DNA from: Cenarchaeum sp.
GTDB taxonomy: Archaea > Thermoproteota > Nitrososphaeria > Nitrososphaerales > Nitrosopumilaceae
Direction: 5' to 3'
Length of the DNA: 64,000 bases
Assembly: GCA_963693095.2 (NCBI GenBank)
Contig: OY843768.1
Location: 1,344,001 to 1,408,000 of the forward strand
Positions 39,822-49,430 of this stretch are shown here, in pieces. Positions within the stretch are counted from its first letter, which is position 1, and each line of letters opens with the position of its first letter. Below the pieces are notes generated by a model that worked only from the letters and a program-made list of their open reading frames with translations, searched no databases and had not been told where the DNA came from. Made by a program: the position numbers and the translations under genes.

Positions 39822-40328
39822 TCATCTGCGAACCCTTCTCGGCCTGTCATAGATACGATATCTTTCTTCGATCACAAGTGTTCTGGCCAGTCGGCCAAGC
39901 TCATAGACATCCTTGCCGGCAATGTCCTGCAGGAACTTTTCCTCATTCTCTGGACTGGCAAACAGGCCAGTGGGAGACTCGACGCGCGTGGGGTTTACGG
40001 CCTGGAGGTCAAGGTACAGATTGGCCGAGATTGGGCCGGACTCGCTGTCATTAAACGTGTATCCCATGTCATCAAGGCCGTGCTTGGTCGCTATGGCAAA
40101 ACACACGTTGGTGGCAAATTCCATGGTGATCCTGCTCATTCGTCCACCGGGCTGTTCATACACGCCATTACTCTCGAGTAGCCCGGTGAAGCGGTTCAGT
40201 GCGTCGACTCGCCTCTGGCGTGCCTCGCCCCATGCCTCAATATCGGCGATCTTTTTTGCGTTCCCCCCTGCGCGCTCCTTGAGAAACGCTACGGTCATTT
40301 GGTTATCGGCGAGCAGTGGATCAGGCAT
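39822..40328 (-). CDS. Hypothetical protein with YwgA/Panacea(SocA)-like motif
   Basis: MGYTFNDSESGPISANLYLDL resembles the YxF...GPxSxxLxxD signature; resemblance only. Confidence 0.55.
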   Translation of the reverse strand: MPDPLLADNQMTVAFLKERAGGNAKKIADIEAWGEARQRRVDALNRFTGLLESNGVYEQPGGRMSRITMEFATNVCFAIATKHGLDDMGYTFNDSESGPISANLYLDLQAVNPTRVESPTGLFASPENEEKFLQDIAGKDVYELGRLARTLVIEERYRIYDRPRRVRR

Positions 40329-40549
40329 CGCAGTCCGGCTTTTCAACAGACAGACATGCGCTATGGAGTACTTGAATGTTACACACAAGGAGGGGAGGGT
40401 TTGCGCGTGTATGCCACAGACACGTGCCAAAGGGTGAGACGCCTCTGATGTTCCAGGGCATGGCACGTGGGCGTCCCTCGTTTGGGCATTGTGTGGATCG
40501 ACACGGCGTGGTTTGGACGAACGGCGCGGCGCGATTGCCGCATGTGCCA

Positions 40550-41680
40550 TCAGCTGGACTCGAATAGCGGGTTTGCCCTTATCACTATGGTCTCGCCGTC
40601 ATTTTTGGGAATGTCCCTTGTGTCGCGCTCCGAGCACGCAATGACGATGAGCGTCTTGTCGCTGTCAAACACGTCAGGTGTAGAGTCGCCGAGCAGTCCG
40701 ACATCCCCGATATAGTCACGCAGGCGCGACACTAGGTGCAGGCGCGTGTCCATGCGCTCGCCGCGCATCTCGTACTTGTCAAGCGTCCACGATATTGCGA
40801 CCCTTGTGCGCGCCGCCTTTAGCTCCCGCCTCTTTAGCGTCGCGCGAACCTCTCCGGTCAGGCGCTTGATGTATCCCTCGATTCCCTTTATGCCGCCGTT
40901 GACAAGGTACGCAAGCGTGCCGGCTCCCTCAAAGGAGGACGAGAGTGACCGGAGGTCGTACATGTCCCTCATCATGTCATGGAGATATAGCGAGCTCACC
41001 TCGTCAGTTGCCAGTGCGCTGCGCGTCTCGTCGTCTTGCACGTTGCGGCACACCTCTATCACGCTGCACATTCGCGCAAACCGCGACAGGACACTGACTG
41101 CGTAAAACCGCTCGGCTGCCCCAAGCGCAATCTGCCGTGGCGCGCCCTTTTTGGTCGACAGGAGCGCATCGAGTCGCTCATCGACCTTTGCGGTGTACGA
41201 GCCAATCTCCCCGGGCACGCTGCCGGCCTCCCCGAGCGGGCAGTAAAAGTACGACATTGAGTGGCCCGCCTCGTGGCCCGTCATGTGCTCGAGGAGCGAT
41301 ATGTTCTCGTTGTTGCCGCCAATGCCCGTTGGGGCGCAATAGACAAACGACGTTCCCTTGCCCATCGCCGAGGCCGCGTCCTTGAACTTTGAGCTCAGCT
41401 CGGTCCTCGTGTCCTGGCCAGACTTGCGCATCTGCGGCCCAAAAAAGAGATAGTCCGCATCTGCTATCGTCTCGTTGACTGGCGCCGTCGGGAGTATGGG
41501 CTCATCCTCGGTTATCGCCGCCACCGTGGGGTACGTCTTGGCGATCTCTGGCGTGAGCGGTATCGCCGAGGGCGTCGCCTCGTCTATTATGCTGACAGCA
41601 CCGCCGGCGAGGGCCATGCGGCACGCGACCGAGTAGCCCTCTGTGCTCAGCCCATACACAACAACCTTCGTCTTTGCCAA
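40550..41680 (-). CDS. Divergent nucleotide-sugar dehydrogenase-like protein
   Basis: KVVVYGLSTEG Rossmann-like start and overall layout like the UDP-glucose/GDP-mannose dehydrogenase family; catalytic motifs not evident. Confidence 0.65.
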   Translation of the reverse strand: MAKTKVVVYGLSTEGYSVACRMALAGGAVSIIDEATPSAIPLTPEIAKTYPTVAAITEDEPILPTAPVNETIADADYLFFGPQMRKSGQDTRTELSSKFKDAASAMGKGTSFVYCAPTGIGGNNENISLLEHMTGHEAGHSMSYFYCPLGEAGSVPGEIGSYTAKVDERLDALLSTKKGAPRQIALGAAERFYAVSVLSRFARMCSVIEVCRNVQDDETRSALATDEVSSLYLHDMMRDMYDLRSLSSSFEGAGTLAYLVNGGIKGIEGYIKRLTGEVRATLKRRELKAARTRVAISWTLDKYEMRGERMDTRLHLVSRLRDYIGDVGLLGDSTPDVFDSDKTLIVIACSERDTRDIPKNDGETIVIRANPLFESS

Positions 41681-41746
41681 TCGCGCACCCCCTCGGCGCG
41701 CCGCCCAAAAAAACTTATTTAAATGCGGTGATATGTCCGCCGCACA

Positions 41747-42775
41747 TTGAGGATCTGGTTTGACGTGCTCACGCCAAAGCAGGTGGTGTTCTTTGAGCCC
41801 ATGATCAAGAGGCTGAGACGCCGCCACAGGGTTCTCTGCACGTCAAGGCGCTATGACCAGGCCACGAGCCTGGCCAGGATTCGCGGGTTTGACATGCGCA
41901 TAGTCGGCAGGCACGGGGGAGCCGACAGGGCGCAAAAGCTTCTCGCGAGCACCGAGAGGATGCGCCTCCTCTTTGATCCCGTCAGCAAGTTTGCCCCAGA
42001 GGCGACTGTCAGCTGCTGCTCGCCAGAGGCCGCACGCGTCTCCTTTGGGCTCGGCGTAAGGCACTATGCGTTCACTGACGCGCCGCATGCCACGGCTGCG
42101 ATGCGCCTGACCGTGCCGCTGTTGCACAAGGTCATGGTTCCGTGGGTCATACCGAGGCGCGAGCTGGTGCGCTTTGGAATAGCGCCGCGCGATGTCATAC
42201 AGTACAGGGCAATAGACGGGGCACAGACGGTCATGCGACGCGCGGCGCGATCCGGAAAGCTCCCGCCCACAAACGGCGGACAGATGATACTCGTGAGGCC
42301 CGTTGAGGAGGAGGCCGCATACGTCTCGGGCGCTCCGTCGATCCTGCCGACGATCCGCGAGCTGCGCCGCATAGATGGCGCGCGCGTCGTGGTCCTTGCG
42401 AGGTACAGGCCACAGCTCGAGCGCCTTCGCGCAAGCGTGCCAGGGGGCGTGCGCGTCATGGCGATGCGCTTTGATGGCAAGTACCTCCTCGAGAATGCCG
42501 ACCTGTTCGTCGGCTCGGGCGGCACGATGACATCAGAGGCGGCCCTCCTCGGCGTGCCGACCATCTCCTTTGATGCCGTCCCAAACCACTATGAGAGGTA
42601 CATTGTGCGCACGCGCCTGGCCGTGCGCGCACGCGGCGCGCGCGCCATAGGGGCCGCGGCAAGGAGGCTCCTGGCCTCGCCGCGCTCCGCCCATGAGGCC
42701 CGCGCGGCGAGGGCACGCTCGTCGATGGTCGACCCATATGACGTCCTGGCCACTGCCATGGGCATATCGCGCTGA
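41747..42775 (+). CDS. DUF354 family protein (GT-B glycosyltransferase-like)
   Basis: MRIWFDVLTPKQ, GRHGG, SPEAARVSFGLG, GGTMTSEAALLGVPTIS. Confidence 0.85.
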   Translation: MRIWFDVLTPKQVVFFEPMIKRLRRRHRVLCTSRRYDQATSLARIRGFDMRIVGRHGGADRAQKLLASTERMRLLFDPVSKFAPEATVSCCSPEAARVSFGLGVRHYAFTDAPHATAAMRLTVPLLHKVMVPWVIPRRELVRFGIAPRDVIQYRAIDGAQTVMRRAARSGKLPPTNGGQMILVRPVEEEAAYVSGAPSILPTIRELRRIDGARVVVLARYRPQLERLRASVPGGVRVMAMRFDGKYLLENADLFVGSGGTMTSEAALLGVPTISFDAVPNHYERYIVRTRLAVRARGARAIGAAARRLLASPRSAHEARAARARSSMVDPYDVLATAMGISR

Positions 42776-42827
42776 GCGGCGTGGGAAGTGTCATTTAGGG
42801 GGACGTTTTGGGGCCGGTCAAGCCGGC

Positions 42828-42919
42828 AGCCCGGTAGAGGAACAGTTTCCGCCGAGTGTAGTGGTCAAGCATGGGGGCCTTTGGAGCCCTCGACCCCAGT
42901 TCGAATCTGGGCCGGGCTA
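42828..42919 (+). tRNA. tRNA-Gln(TTG) with 19-nt insertion at ~position 10/11 (putative intron)
   Basis: AGCCCGG/CCGGGCT acceptor, CTTTGGA anticodon loop, GTTCGAATC; removing 42838-42856 restores a 73-nt cloverleaf. Confidence 0.88.
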
Positions 42920-42978
42920 CCCATCTAGTCACGACCCCCCGATAGGGTTTTTAACGGGTCGCGTGGGCGTGCGCACGC

Positions 42979-43569
42979 TTGAGTGCCCAAGAGTACAACC
43001 ATATTGTGAGGATCGTCGGCAACGACATACCCGGCGACAAGAAGATTCTCGTCGGCCTGACCCAGGTGAGGGGCGTTGGGCGCAGCTTTGCCCTGGCGGT
43101 TCTTGACACGCTGGGCATCAGCACGTCGACTAGCATGGGCCTTGTCGCAGATGCCGACGTCGCGAGGATCGAGGCGCTCATAAAGGACCCAATAAAGGCC
43201 GGATTCCCCATATGGTTCCTCAACCGCCGGAGGGACATGGAGACGGGCAAGGACCTGCACCTCCTGACCTCTGATATCGAGTTTACCGTGAGGGGCGACG
43301 TTGAGCGCGAAAAGGCCCTTGGCAGCTGGCGCGGGTACCGCTACACGTACGGCCTAAAGGTTCGCGGGCAGCGGACGCGCACGACGGGTCGCAAGGGCGG
43401 TGCAGTCGGCGTCGCAAAGGGCGGCAAGGTCCAGCCCGCAAAGACCGGTGATGTCACTGCCGTCGGCGCCGCGCCGGCCGAGGGCGCCGATGCCGGAGCT
43501 GCCGCGCCGGCCGAGGGCGCCGCAAAGGCTCCTGACACAAAGGCCGCACCGGAGGCCAAAAAGGAGTAG
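42979..43569 (+). CDS. rps13: 30S ribosomal protein S13 with Ala/Glu-rich tail
   Basis: [27 protein letters not shown]. Confidence 0.95.
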   Translation: MSAQEYNHIVRIVGNDIPGDKKILVGLTQVRGVGRSFALAVLDTLGISTSTSMGLVADADVARIEALIKDPIKAGFPIWFLNRRRDMETGKDLHLLTSDIEFTVRGDVEREKALGSWRGYRYTYGLKVRGQRTRTTGRKGGAVGVAKGGKVQPAKTGDVTAVGAAPAEGADAGAAAPAEGAAKAPDTKAAPEAKKE

Positions 43570-43575
43570 GGAGAC

Positions 43576-44376
43576 ATGGGCGATCCAAGATATCCAAGAA
43601 AGGTCTGGAGAAAGCCAAAGAGGCCGCTAAACTATGACCTAAAGATGGACGAGCTAAAGACACTTGGCGGTTTTGGCCTGCGAACAAAGCGCGAACTGTG
43701 GAAGGCCCGAACCGAGCTCTCGCGCCTGAGGCAGCAGGCCCGATCGCTTCTCGCGCTAGGCGAGGAGGTCAGGGGAGAGCGCGAGCCGATACTCATAAAC
43801 TCACTAGAGAGGGTGGGCCTAGTAAAGCCCGGCTCGAGCCTCGATGACGTGCTAAACCTGCAGGTCAATGACGTTCTTGCGCGCCGACTCCAGAGCATCG
43901 TGATGAAAAAGATGGACTTTAGGACGCCGTACCAGGCGCGCCAGGCCGTCGTGCATGGTCACGTTATGATAGGCGAGCGGATCGTTGACATACCGTCGTA
44001 CACTGTCACAGTGGATGAGGAGGACGACGTGCGCCTCCTGCCCGGCTCTCCGCTAGCCGAGGTTCTTGAGGCAAACAAGAGGCTCGCAAAGGAAGAGGCC
44101 GCAAGGCCAAAGGCAGAAGATGGTGAGGACGAGCCAGGCGCCGCCGGCTCGACAGATCCCGGAGCAGCCGCTGGCCTGCAGCGCGCCGATGCCGGAGCAT
44201 CAGGGGCAGCGACCCCAGAGTCCGGCACGGCGGGGGGAGCCGAGGCGCCCAAAGAGGAGACCACGGTCCCTGATCCGGCAGCAGGGCAAGGCACGGCCGA
44301 GGAGACCACAGCGCCCGATCCGGCAGCAGGGCAAGGCACGGCCGAGGCGCCCAAAGAGCAGACTACAGCGTCCTGA
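43576..44376 (+). CDS. rps4: 30S ribosomal protein S4 with long acidic tail
   Basis: MGDPRYPRK, GLRTKRELW, RRLQS, QARQAVVHGH. Confidence 0.95.
   Translation: MGDPRYPRKVWRKPKRPLNYDLKMDELKTLGGFGLRTKRELWKARTELSRLRQQARSLLALGEEVRGEREPILINSLERVGLVKPGSSLDDVLNLQVNDVLARRLQSIVMKKMDFRTPYQARQAVVHGHVMIGERIVDIPSYTVTVDEEDDVRLLPGSPLAEVLEANKRLAKEEAARPKAEDGEDEPGAAGSTDPGAAAGLQRADAGASGAATPESGTAGGAEAPKEETTVPDPAAGQGTAEETTAPDPAAGQGTAEAPKEQTTAS
44254..44343 (+). repeat. 45-bp tandem repeat (2 near-identical copies) in rps4 tail
   Basis: EETTVPDPAAGQGTA / EETTAPDPAAGQGTA; GATCCGGCAGCAGGGCAAGGCACGGCCGAGG exact twice. Confidence 0.88.
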
Positions 44377-44481
44377 CGGGCATTCTAGTGCACAGTTGCG
44401 CATGGCAGACCGGCCTTGTGGCCCGTGCGGGCGGCAATGTGCGCAAATACACTTAACGGCGTGGCTTGAGCCTCTGCGCGC

Positions 44482-46230
44482 GTGTGCTCGATAATAGGAT
44501 ACAGTGGCAGTCGCGCCGCCGCGCGCGTCCTAGTCGGCGGCCTGCGCCGCATGGAGTATCGCGGGTATGACAGCGTGGGCGTGGCGACTGGCTCGGGCGG
44601 GGAGATACTCGTCAAAAAGGGCGTCGGCAGGGTCGACGGCGTCAACGCGTCGCTGCGCCTAGACGAGCTTCCCGGCAACGCCGGCGTGGGCCACACGAGA
44701 TGGGCAACGCAGGGGGCAGCAACTGACACCAATGCGCACCCGCACGCATCAAGCGGCGGGCGCGTCGCCATAGTCCATAACGGCTCCATAGACAACTTTG
44801 TGCAGCTGAGGGAGTCGCTGCGCGCGCGCGGGTTTGCGTTCAGGAGCGAGACGGACAGCGAGGTCATCGCAAACCTCCTCGAGTCCGAGCTCGACGGCGA
44901 GGGCGGGGCCAAGGAGGCAATCATGCGCACTGCCAATGCGCTTGAGGGACACTATACGTTTGCCGCAATATTTGATGACGGCACGATCGTGGCCGCAAGG
45001 AGGCGCGAGCCGCTCATCATCGGCGTGGGCGATGGCGAGCACTATGTGGCAAGCGACGTGCTCGGGTTTGTAGAGTATACCGATGACGCGATTTACGTCG
45101 GTGACGGAAACTTTGTCGTGATAGACGGCGATGGGCCGGCAGTTTACGATGCTGATGGCAACACCGCAGAGATGCGCGTGACAAAGGTCTCGCGCGAGCT
45201 TGCCGGCATATACAAGGGGGACTATGCGCACTATACGCTAAAGGAGATATCAGAGCAGCCAGAGGCCATAATGGGCGCAGGCGGGGATGAGGCCTCCATC
45301 GAGGCCGCAGCAGCGGCGCTTCGCGAGGCCAGGACCGTCTACATTGTGGGCAGCGGAACGAGCCACAATGCAGCACTAGTCGCAAAGCACATCCTCTCAA
45401 GCCATGCGCGCATAAGGGCAGAGGTGATCGTGGCCAGCGAGTTTCCCGTCCATGCGACCTCGCTCTCCGGCGGCGTCATGCTCGCCATATCGCAGAGCGG
45501 CGAGAGTGCTGACATGCTAGAGGCCGCACGCCTTGCAGGGGATGCGGGCCTCGGGATCATCTCGCTTGTCAACCACCCGTCCTCGTCCCTTGCGCGCGAG
45601 TCATCGCGCACGGTCAGGATGGACTGTGGGCCGGAGATCGGCGTTGCGGCAACAAAGAGCTTTACGTCACAGCTTGCCGCGCTGCACAGGATAGCGGCGG
45701 CCCTAGGGGGGTCGCGCGTGGACATGGGGGCAGTCTCGGGCGCAATGGCCGAGGCGCTGCGCTGCGAGGCGCAGGCCAGGGCAGTAGCGGCCGGACTACG
45801 CGATGTCAGTGACGTGTATGTGCTCGGGCGCGGCATTCACTATGCGATCGCCTCCGAGGCGGCCCTAAAGCTAAAAGAGCTCGCATACATACATGCCGAG
45901 GCCATGCCCGGCGGGGAGCTAAAGCATGGCCCGCTTGCGCTCCTCGGCGAGGACTCGCGCGTAATCGTCATAAACCCGCCGGGGCCAACGCACGCCGACG
46001 CGCTAGCCGACGCCGCCAAGATACGCGCGCGCGGCGGGCGCACGATCGGAATAGACACGCATGATGCCGACGAGTATGACGAGTGGATTGGCATTCCCGA
46101 GTGCGCAGAGTGGATATATCCGATCATAGGGATCATCCCCGCGCAGCTTGTCGCATACTATACTGCGCTCGAGCGCGACACGGATCCCGACCACCCAAGA
46201 AACCTCGCAAAGTCAGTCACCGTGAGATAG
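44482..46230 (+). CDS. glmS: Glutamine--fructose-6-phosphate transaminase
   Basis: MCSIIG, EYRGYDS, GHTRWAT, HNG, SQSGES, PRNLAKSVTV. Confidence 0.95.
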   Translation: MCSIIGYSGSRAAARVLVGGLRRMEYRGYDSVGVATGSGGEILVKKGVGRVDGVNASLRLDELPGNAGVGHTRWATQGAATDTNAHPHASSGGRVAIVHNGSIDNFVQLRESLRARGFAFRSETDSEVIANLLESELDGEGGAKEAIMRTANALEGHYTFAAIFDDGTIVAARRREPLIIGVGDGEHYVASDVLGFVEYTDDAIYVGDGNFVVIDGDGPAVYDADGNTAEMRVTKVSRELAGIYKGDYAHYTLKEISEQPEAIMGAGGDEASIEAAAAALREARTVYIVGSGTSHNAALVAKHILSSHARIRAEVIVASEFPVHATSLSGGVMLAISQSGESADMLEAARLAGDAGLGIISLVNHPSSSLARESSRTVRMDCGPEIGVAATKSFTSQLAALHRIAAALGGSRVDMGAVSGAMAEALRCEAQARAVAAGLRDVSDVYVLGRGIHYAIASEAALKLKELAYIHAEAMPGGELKHGPLALLGEDSRVIVINPPGPTHADALADAAKIRARGGRTIGIDTHDADEYDEWIGIPECAEWIYPIIGIIPAQLVAYYTALERDTDPDHPRNLAKSVTVR

Positions 46231-47299
46231 CGCGCGCATACTCGGCCTCTGCTAGTGGGCAAATGGAGCCCGCATCCACGCCACGGCCCATGACGGCAGC
46301 AACCATTGCGCCGCCAGCACCGGCGCCCTCCTTTGCGTGACCGTTGGCAAACGCGCTCAGGCCGTCGACTCGCGATGAGGCAAGGCCGGGGTCTATGCAT
46401 ATTGCCGGAATCGACTCGAGTTGCGCAATCTCGGCAAAGTTCGCCGAGGCGTCCTGGATGACATAGCTCGTGGTGGCCAGCGCGATCGCCCCATCGCGCG
46501 GACTGCAGATCCTTCGCGAGAGCATTAGCGCTGCGAGCATCTGCGTGCCGCCGGCAAGGAGAACGTGCGAGGAGCGGGAGGCCGCCGCTGCCATCGAGCA
46601 CACAAAGGCGAGCATTGGGTCGCCGGCCTCGCGCACAGCGTCGCGCGCATCATGTGAGCCCGCAAGGCGCGCAAGGGCCGCCGAGACGGCACGCTCCTTG
46701 AGCTCAACGGGATTCTCCCTCATGCTAGAGCTGACGCGCGCCGGTGAGCCCAGGGCGCGCATTACGCCAAGCGCAGTAGTCGTCCCGCCCGGCACGCTCT
46801 CGCCGATTATGACACAGTCGGCGACCTCGGTGGCGTGGCGGCCGGCGTCATGGCCGCGCCGCAGCGCAAGCTCGAGGGACTTTGCAGACATTGCCGAACG
46901 CGCCGCAATGTCCTCGCCGACTGGCAGGCCCGTCTCGATGTGAGGCATCTCGGGCGGCTTGGCGCATCCGGCGCTGATCGCCATGGAAGGTATGCGCGCG
47001 GCCTCTAGTGCCGCACGCGTGAGAAGGGCCGGCGTCGGCAGGCCGCCGGGCGCCATGGGCACGCCCTTTATCGACTTGCAGCGGCCATAGCGCACATACT
47101 CGGCGTCGGCTGCAGGCGTGAGTGTCATTGCCTCCTTTGAGGCGCCGGCAGCCGATATTCCCGGCGTCTCGCACGTGCGCGTGTGCGACATGACAAGCGA
47201 GAACAGCATCCGCGAGTCGCCTTCCAGCTCGCCCGAGAGCGAGCGCGCCGCGGCGGCATCACCGACAAAGTCTATCGCGTCCAACGCGCTATCCGCCAA
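46217..47299 (-). CDS. cobT: Archaeal nicotinate-mononucleotide-dependent phosphoribosyltransferase CobT
   Basis: TPAADAE, PTPALLTRA, GESVPGGTTTA, LAGGTQM, KEGAGAGG. Confidence 0.88.
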   Translation of the reverse strand: MADSALDAIDFVGDAAAARSLSGELEGDSRMLFSLVMSHTRTCETPGISAAGASKEAMTLTPAADAEYVRYGRCKSIKGVPMAPGGLPTPALLTRAALEAARIPSMAISAGCAKPPEMPHIETGLPVGEDIAARSAMSAKSLELALRRGHDAGRHATEVADCVIIGESVPGGTTTALGVMRALGSPARVSSSMRENPVELKERAVSAALARLAGSHDARDAVREAGDPMLAFVCSMAAAASRSSHVLLAGGTQMLAALMLSRRICSPRDGAIALATTSYVIQDASANFAEIAQLESIPAICIDPGLASSRVDGLSAFANGHAKEGAGAGGAMVAAVMGRGVDAGSICPLAEAEYARAISR

Positions 47300-47900
47300 G
47301 CATCATCACAAACTCGTCCTCGCTGCGCTGCTGCAGGACGGGGTTTGTGGCCCTCTCGCGCCCAATGGTGGACGTCGGCGAGCTCCCATAGTTGTGGCCC
47401 GGATAGACCTCGATCGCGTCATCGAGTGCGCATATCACGCCAAAGAGGCTAGCATAGAGCTCGCGCGCACTGCCGCCAGGCAGGTCCACCCTGCCGCAAC
47501 TGCCGACAAATAGCGTGTCACCTGACAAGAGCTTGCCCTCACCCAAAAGGCAGATGCTGTCGCGCGAGTGGCCCGGCGTGTGGAGAACCCGCAGGGACGA
47601 CTCGCCAAATGATATCGTGTCGCCGTCTCGCAGCGTGCGCGAGTGGGCGAGCTCTGACTCGGCGTGCTGCGCTATCGGCGCGCCAGTCATTTTGGCCATC
47701 TCGTCGTTGCCAGTCGTGTGGTCAAAGTGGTGGTGCGTGTTGACGATGAGGCCAATGTGTATGCGGCCGTCGCGCACAACAGAGTCGACCCTGTCGAGAT
47801 CCCACGACGGATCCACTATAATGCCCTCGCGCGTCTTTTCGTCATGCACGACATAGGTAAAGTTTGCCATAGAGCCCACAGGAACCTGCTCGACGATCAA
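47289..47900 (-). CDS. MBL-fold hydrolase (glyoxalase II-like)
   Basis: THHHFDH, TPGHS, GDTLF, PGH. Confidence 0.88.
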   Translation of the reverse strand: MIVEQVPVGSMANFTYVVHDEKTREGIIVDPSWDLDRVDSVVRDGRIHIGLIVNTHHHFDHTTGNDEMAKMTGAPIAQHAESELAHSRTLRDGDTISFGESSLRVLHTPGHSRDSICLLGEGKLLSGDTLFVGSCGRVDLPGGSARELYASLFGVICALDDAIEVYPGHNYGSSPTSTIGRERATNPVLQQRSEDEFVMMLGG

Positions 47901-48538
47901 AGCACGCCGGCCTCTGCCTCTGGCGGTATGCCAATCCTCTCGACGAACGTCTTGCCGCACACGTCAGCGCGCCCCTCCATGCCAGACTTTGCCCTGTGGA
48001 ACGTGACTGTCATGTCTGCCCGCACGCACTCGGTGGCGGCCTTGCCAGTCGTCGCATCAAGGCCGGAGGGCACGTCAACAGAGAGCGTGAACGCGCTTGA
48101 CGCGTTGACAAACGATATTGCCGAGGCGTGCGGCTCGCGCGGGCTTCCGGACACGCCGGTCCCGAGTATCGCGTCAATGACTATCTCGGCGTCCTCAAAC
48201 CCCGCATAGTCGCCGATGATCTCGACGGATGGCACCCTTGAGAGAATGTCCCAGTTCCAGCGCGTCTCCTCGGTTCGCAGCGAGGACGCATCACCGAGCA
48301 GCGCAAGGCCGACGCGCGCGCCCAGGCCTGCTAGGTGCCTTGCCATGACCATCCCGTCGCCGCCATTGTTGCCCGTTCCGGCAATGACGAGAACCCTTCT
48401 TGATGCGACATCGCCCATGGCCTCAACTAGCCGCCTAACTGCGGCCGCGCCGGCATTCTCCATCATAAACCGCTTGTGAAACCCCATCGCGTGGCCGTTC
48501 TCCTCTATGCGCATCATCTGCTCGACGGTTATTCCCAT
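47897..48538 (-). CDS. nnrE: NAD(P)H-hydrate epimerase
   Basis: MMENAG, GNNGGDG, DAILGTG, VDVPSG. Confidence 0.9.
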   Translation of the reverse strand: MGITVEQMMRIEENGHAMGFHKRFMMENAGAAAVRRLVEAMGDVASRRVLVIAGTGNNGGDGMVMARHLAGLGARVGLALLGDASSLRTEETRWNWDILSRVPSVEIIGDYAGFEDAEIVIDAILGTGVSGSPREPHASAISFVNASSAFTLSVDVPSGLDATTGKAATECVRADMTVTFHRAKSGMEGRADVCGKTFVERIGIPPEAEAGVL

Positions 48539-48681
48539 CTTGGGGCGGCGCGTGGCCAGAGATGATAAGAGCGTTGGGGCGCCATTCATCTTTGGGACAC
48601 ACGTTCCGCTAGGGCTTGCCGCCGTGGATTTTTGGCTTGACCGTCAAAGGTTTTAATATGAGAATCATGATCAGTTGTGCC

Positions 48682-48828
48682 ATGACCTCAGAGGACAAAA
48701 AGACGGCGAGAACCTATTCTGATCCCTCAGACTATCCTGATTTCACATTTGTAGATGTGATGTTTGGAGAGCCCGACAAGACAGAGCCGGGCAAAGGTAA
48801 ATTTTACACAGGCAACAAGGATGCATAG
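48682..48828 (+). CDS. Small orphan protein (48 aa)
   Basis: TTTTAATAT box about 25 nt upstream of ATG; stop lies 8 nt before the next ATG. Confidence 0.45.
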   Translation: MTSEDKKTARTYSDPSDYPDFTFVDVMFGEPDKTEPGKGKFYTGNKDA

Positions 48829-48836
48829 GTTTCGGC

Positions 48837-49430
48837 ATGGCCGAACTACCCATAAATGAAAACAGAGAGGCCATTCTCAGGATCATGCGAGACAGCATCA
48901 TGGTGCAGCTATGGGCAATAAAAAGCCTCAACGCAAAGGCCAGAGCTGTCCTAGCCGCTGATGCCATAATCCTCGGAGTTTTGATTACGGGCATTGGAAT
49001 CTCCACAGGGATTTCAGGAGACCAGAGTTTGGCGGCATTATGGACACTTTCAACACTAGGGGTCGTTTTAATTACCATAGCCGCAGTTGTGAGCATTGCC
49101 ATGATTCTGACGTCGATGTATTTTTGTATTCGTGCGCTCAAGATAATAAAGGTGGTGAAGTTCAATATCATCCCATTTATTAAAGACAATGGGGACATAA
49201 ATGTGGAAAAACTCGAATGGTGCACCCGCCTGAAGGAAGAGGACGTCTACAAATTCGCATGTGATTTTTACATATCCAGCATAAAAGTACTCGAAGCCGA
49301 TAATCATAGCCTAGCATCCAACACCAGCAAATGCCAGACATGGTTGTTCCTAGGGCTATTGCTAGGATCCATAGTGGTGGTTGTCACGTTTGTGCTATCA
49401 CTTGCGGCATCAGCGCCGCAGGGTGCATAG
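48837..49430 (+). CDS. AT-rich three-TM membrane protein (layout like Pycsar/DUF5706 effectors)
   Basis: SLNAKARAVLAADAIIL + TM1, TM2 ending SMYFCIRAL, soluble loop, C-terminal TM. Confidence 0.7.
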   Translation: MAELPINENREAILRIMRDSIMVQLWAIKSLNAKARAVLAADAIILGVLITGIGISTGISGDQSLAALWTLSTLGVVLITIAAVVSIAMILTSMYFCIRALKIIKVVKFNIIPFIKDNGDINVEKLEWCTRLKEEDVYKFACDFYISSIKVLEADNHSLASNTSKCQTWLFLGLLLGSIVVVVTFVLSLAASAPQGA

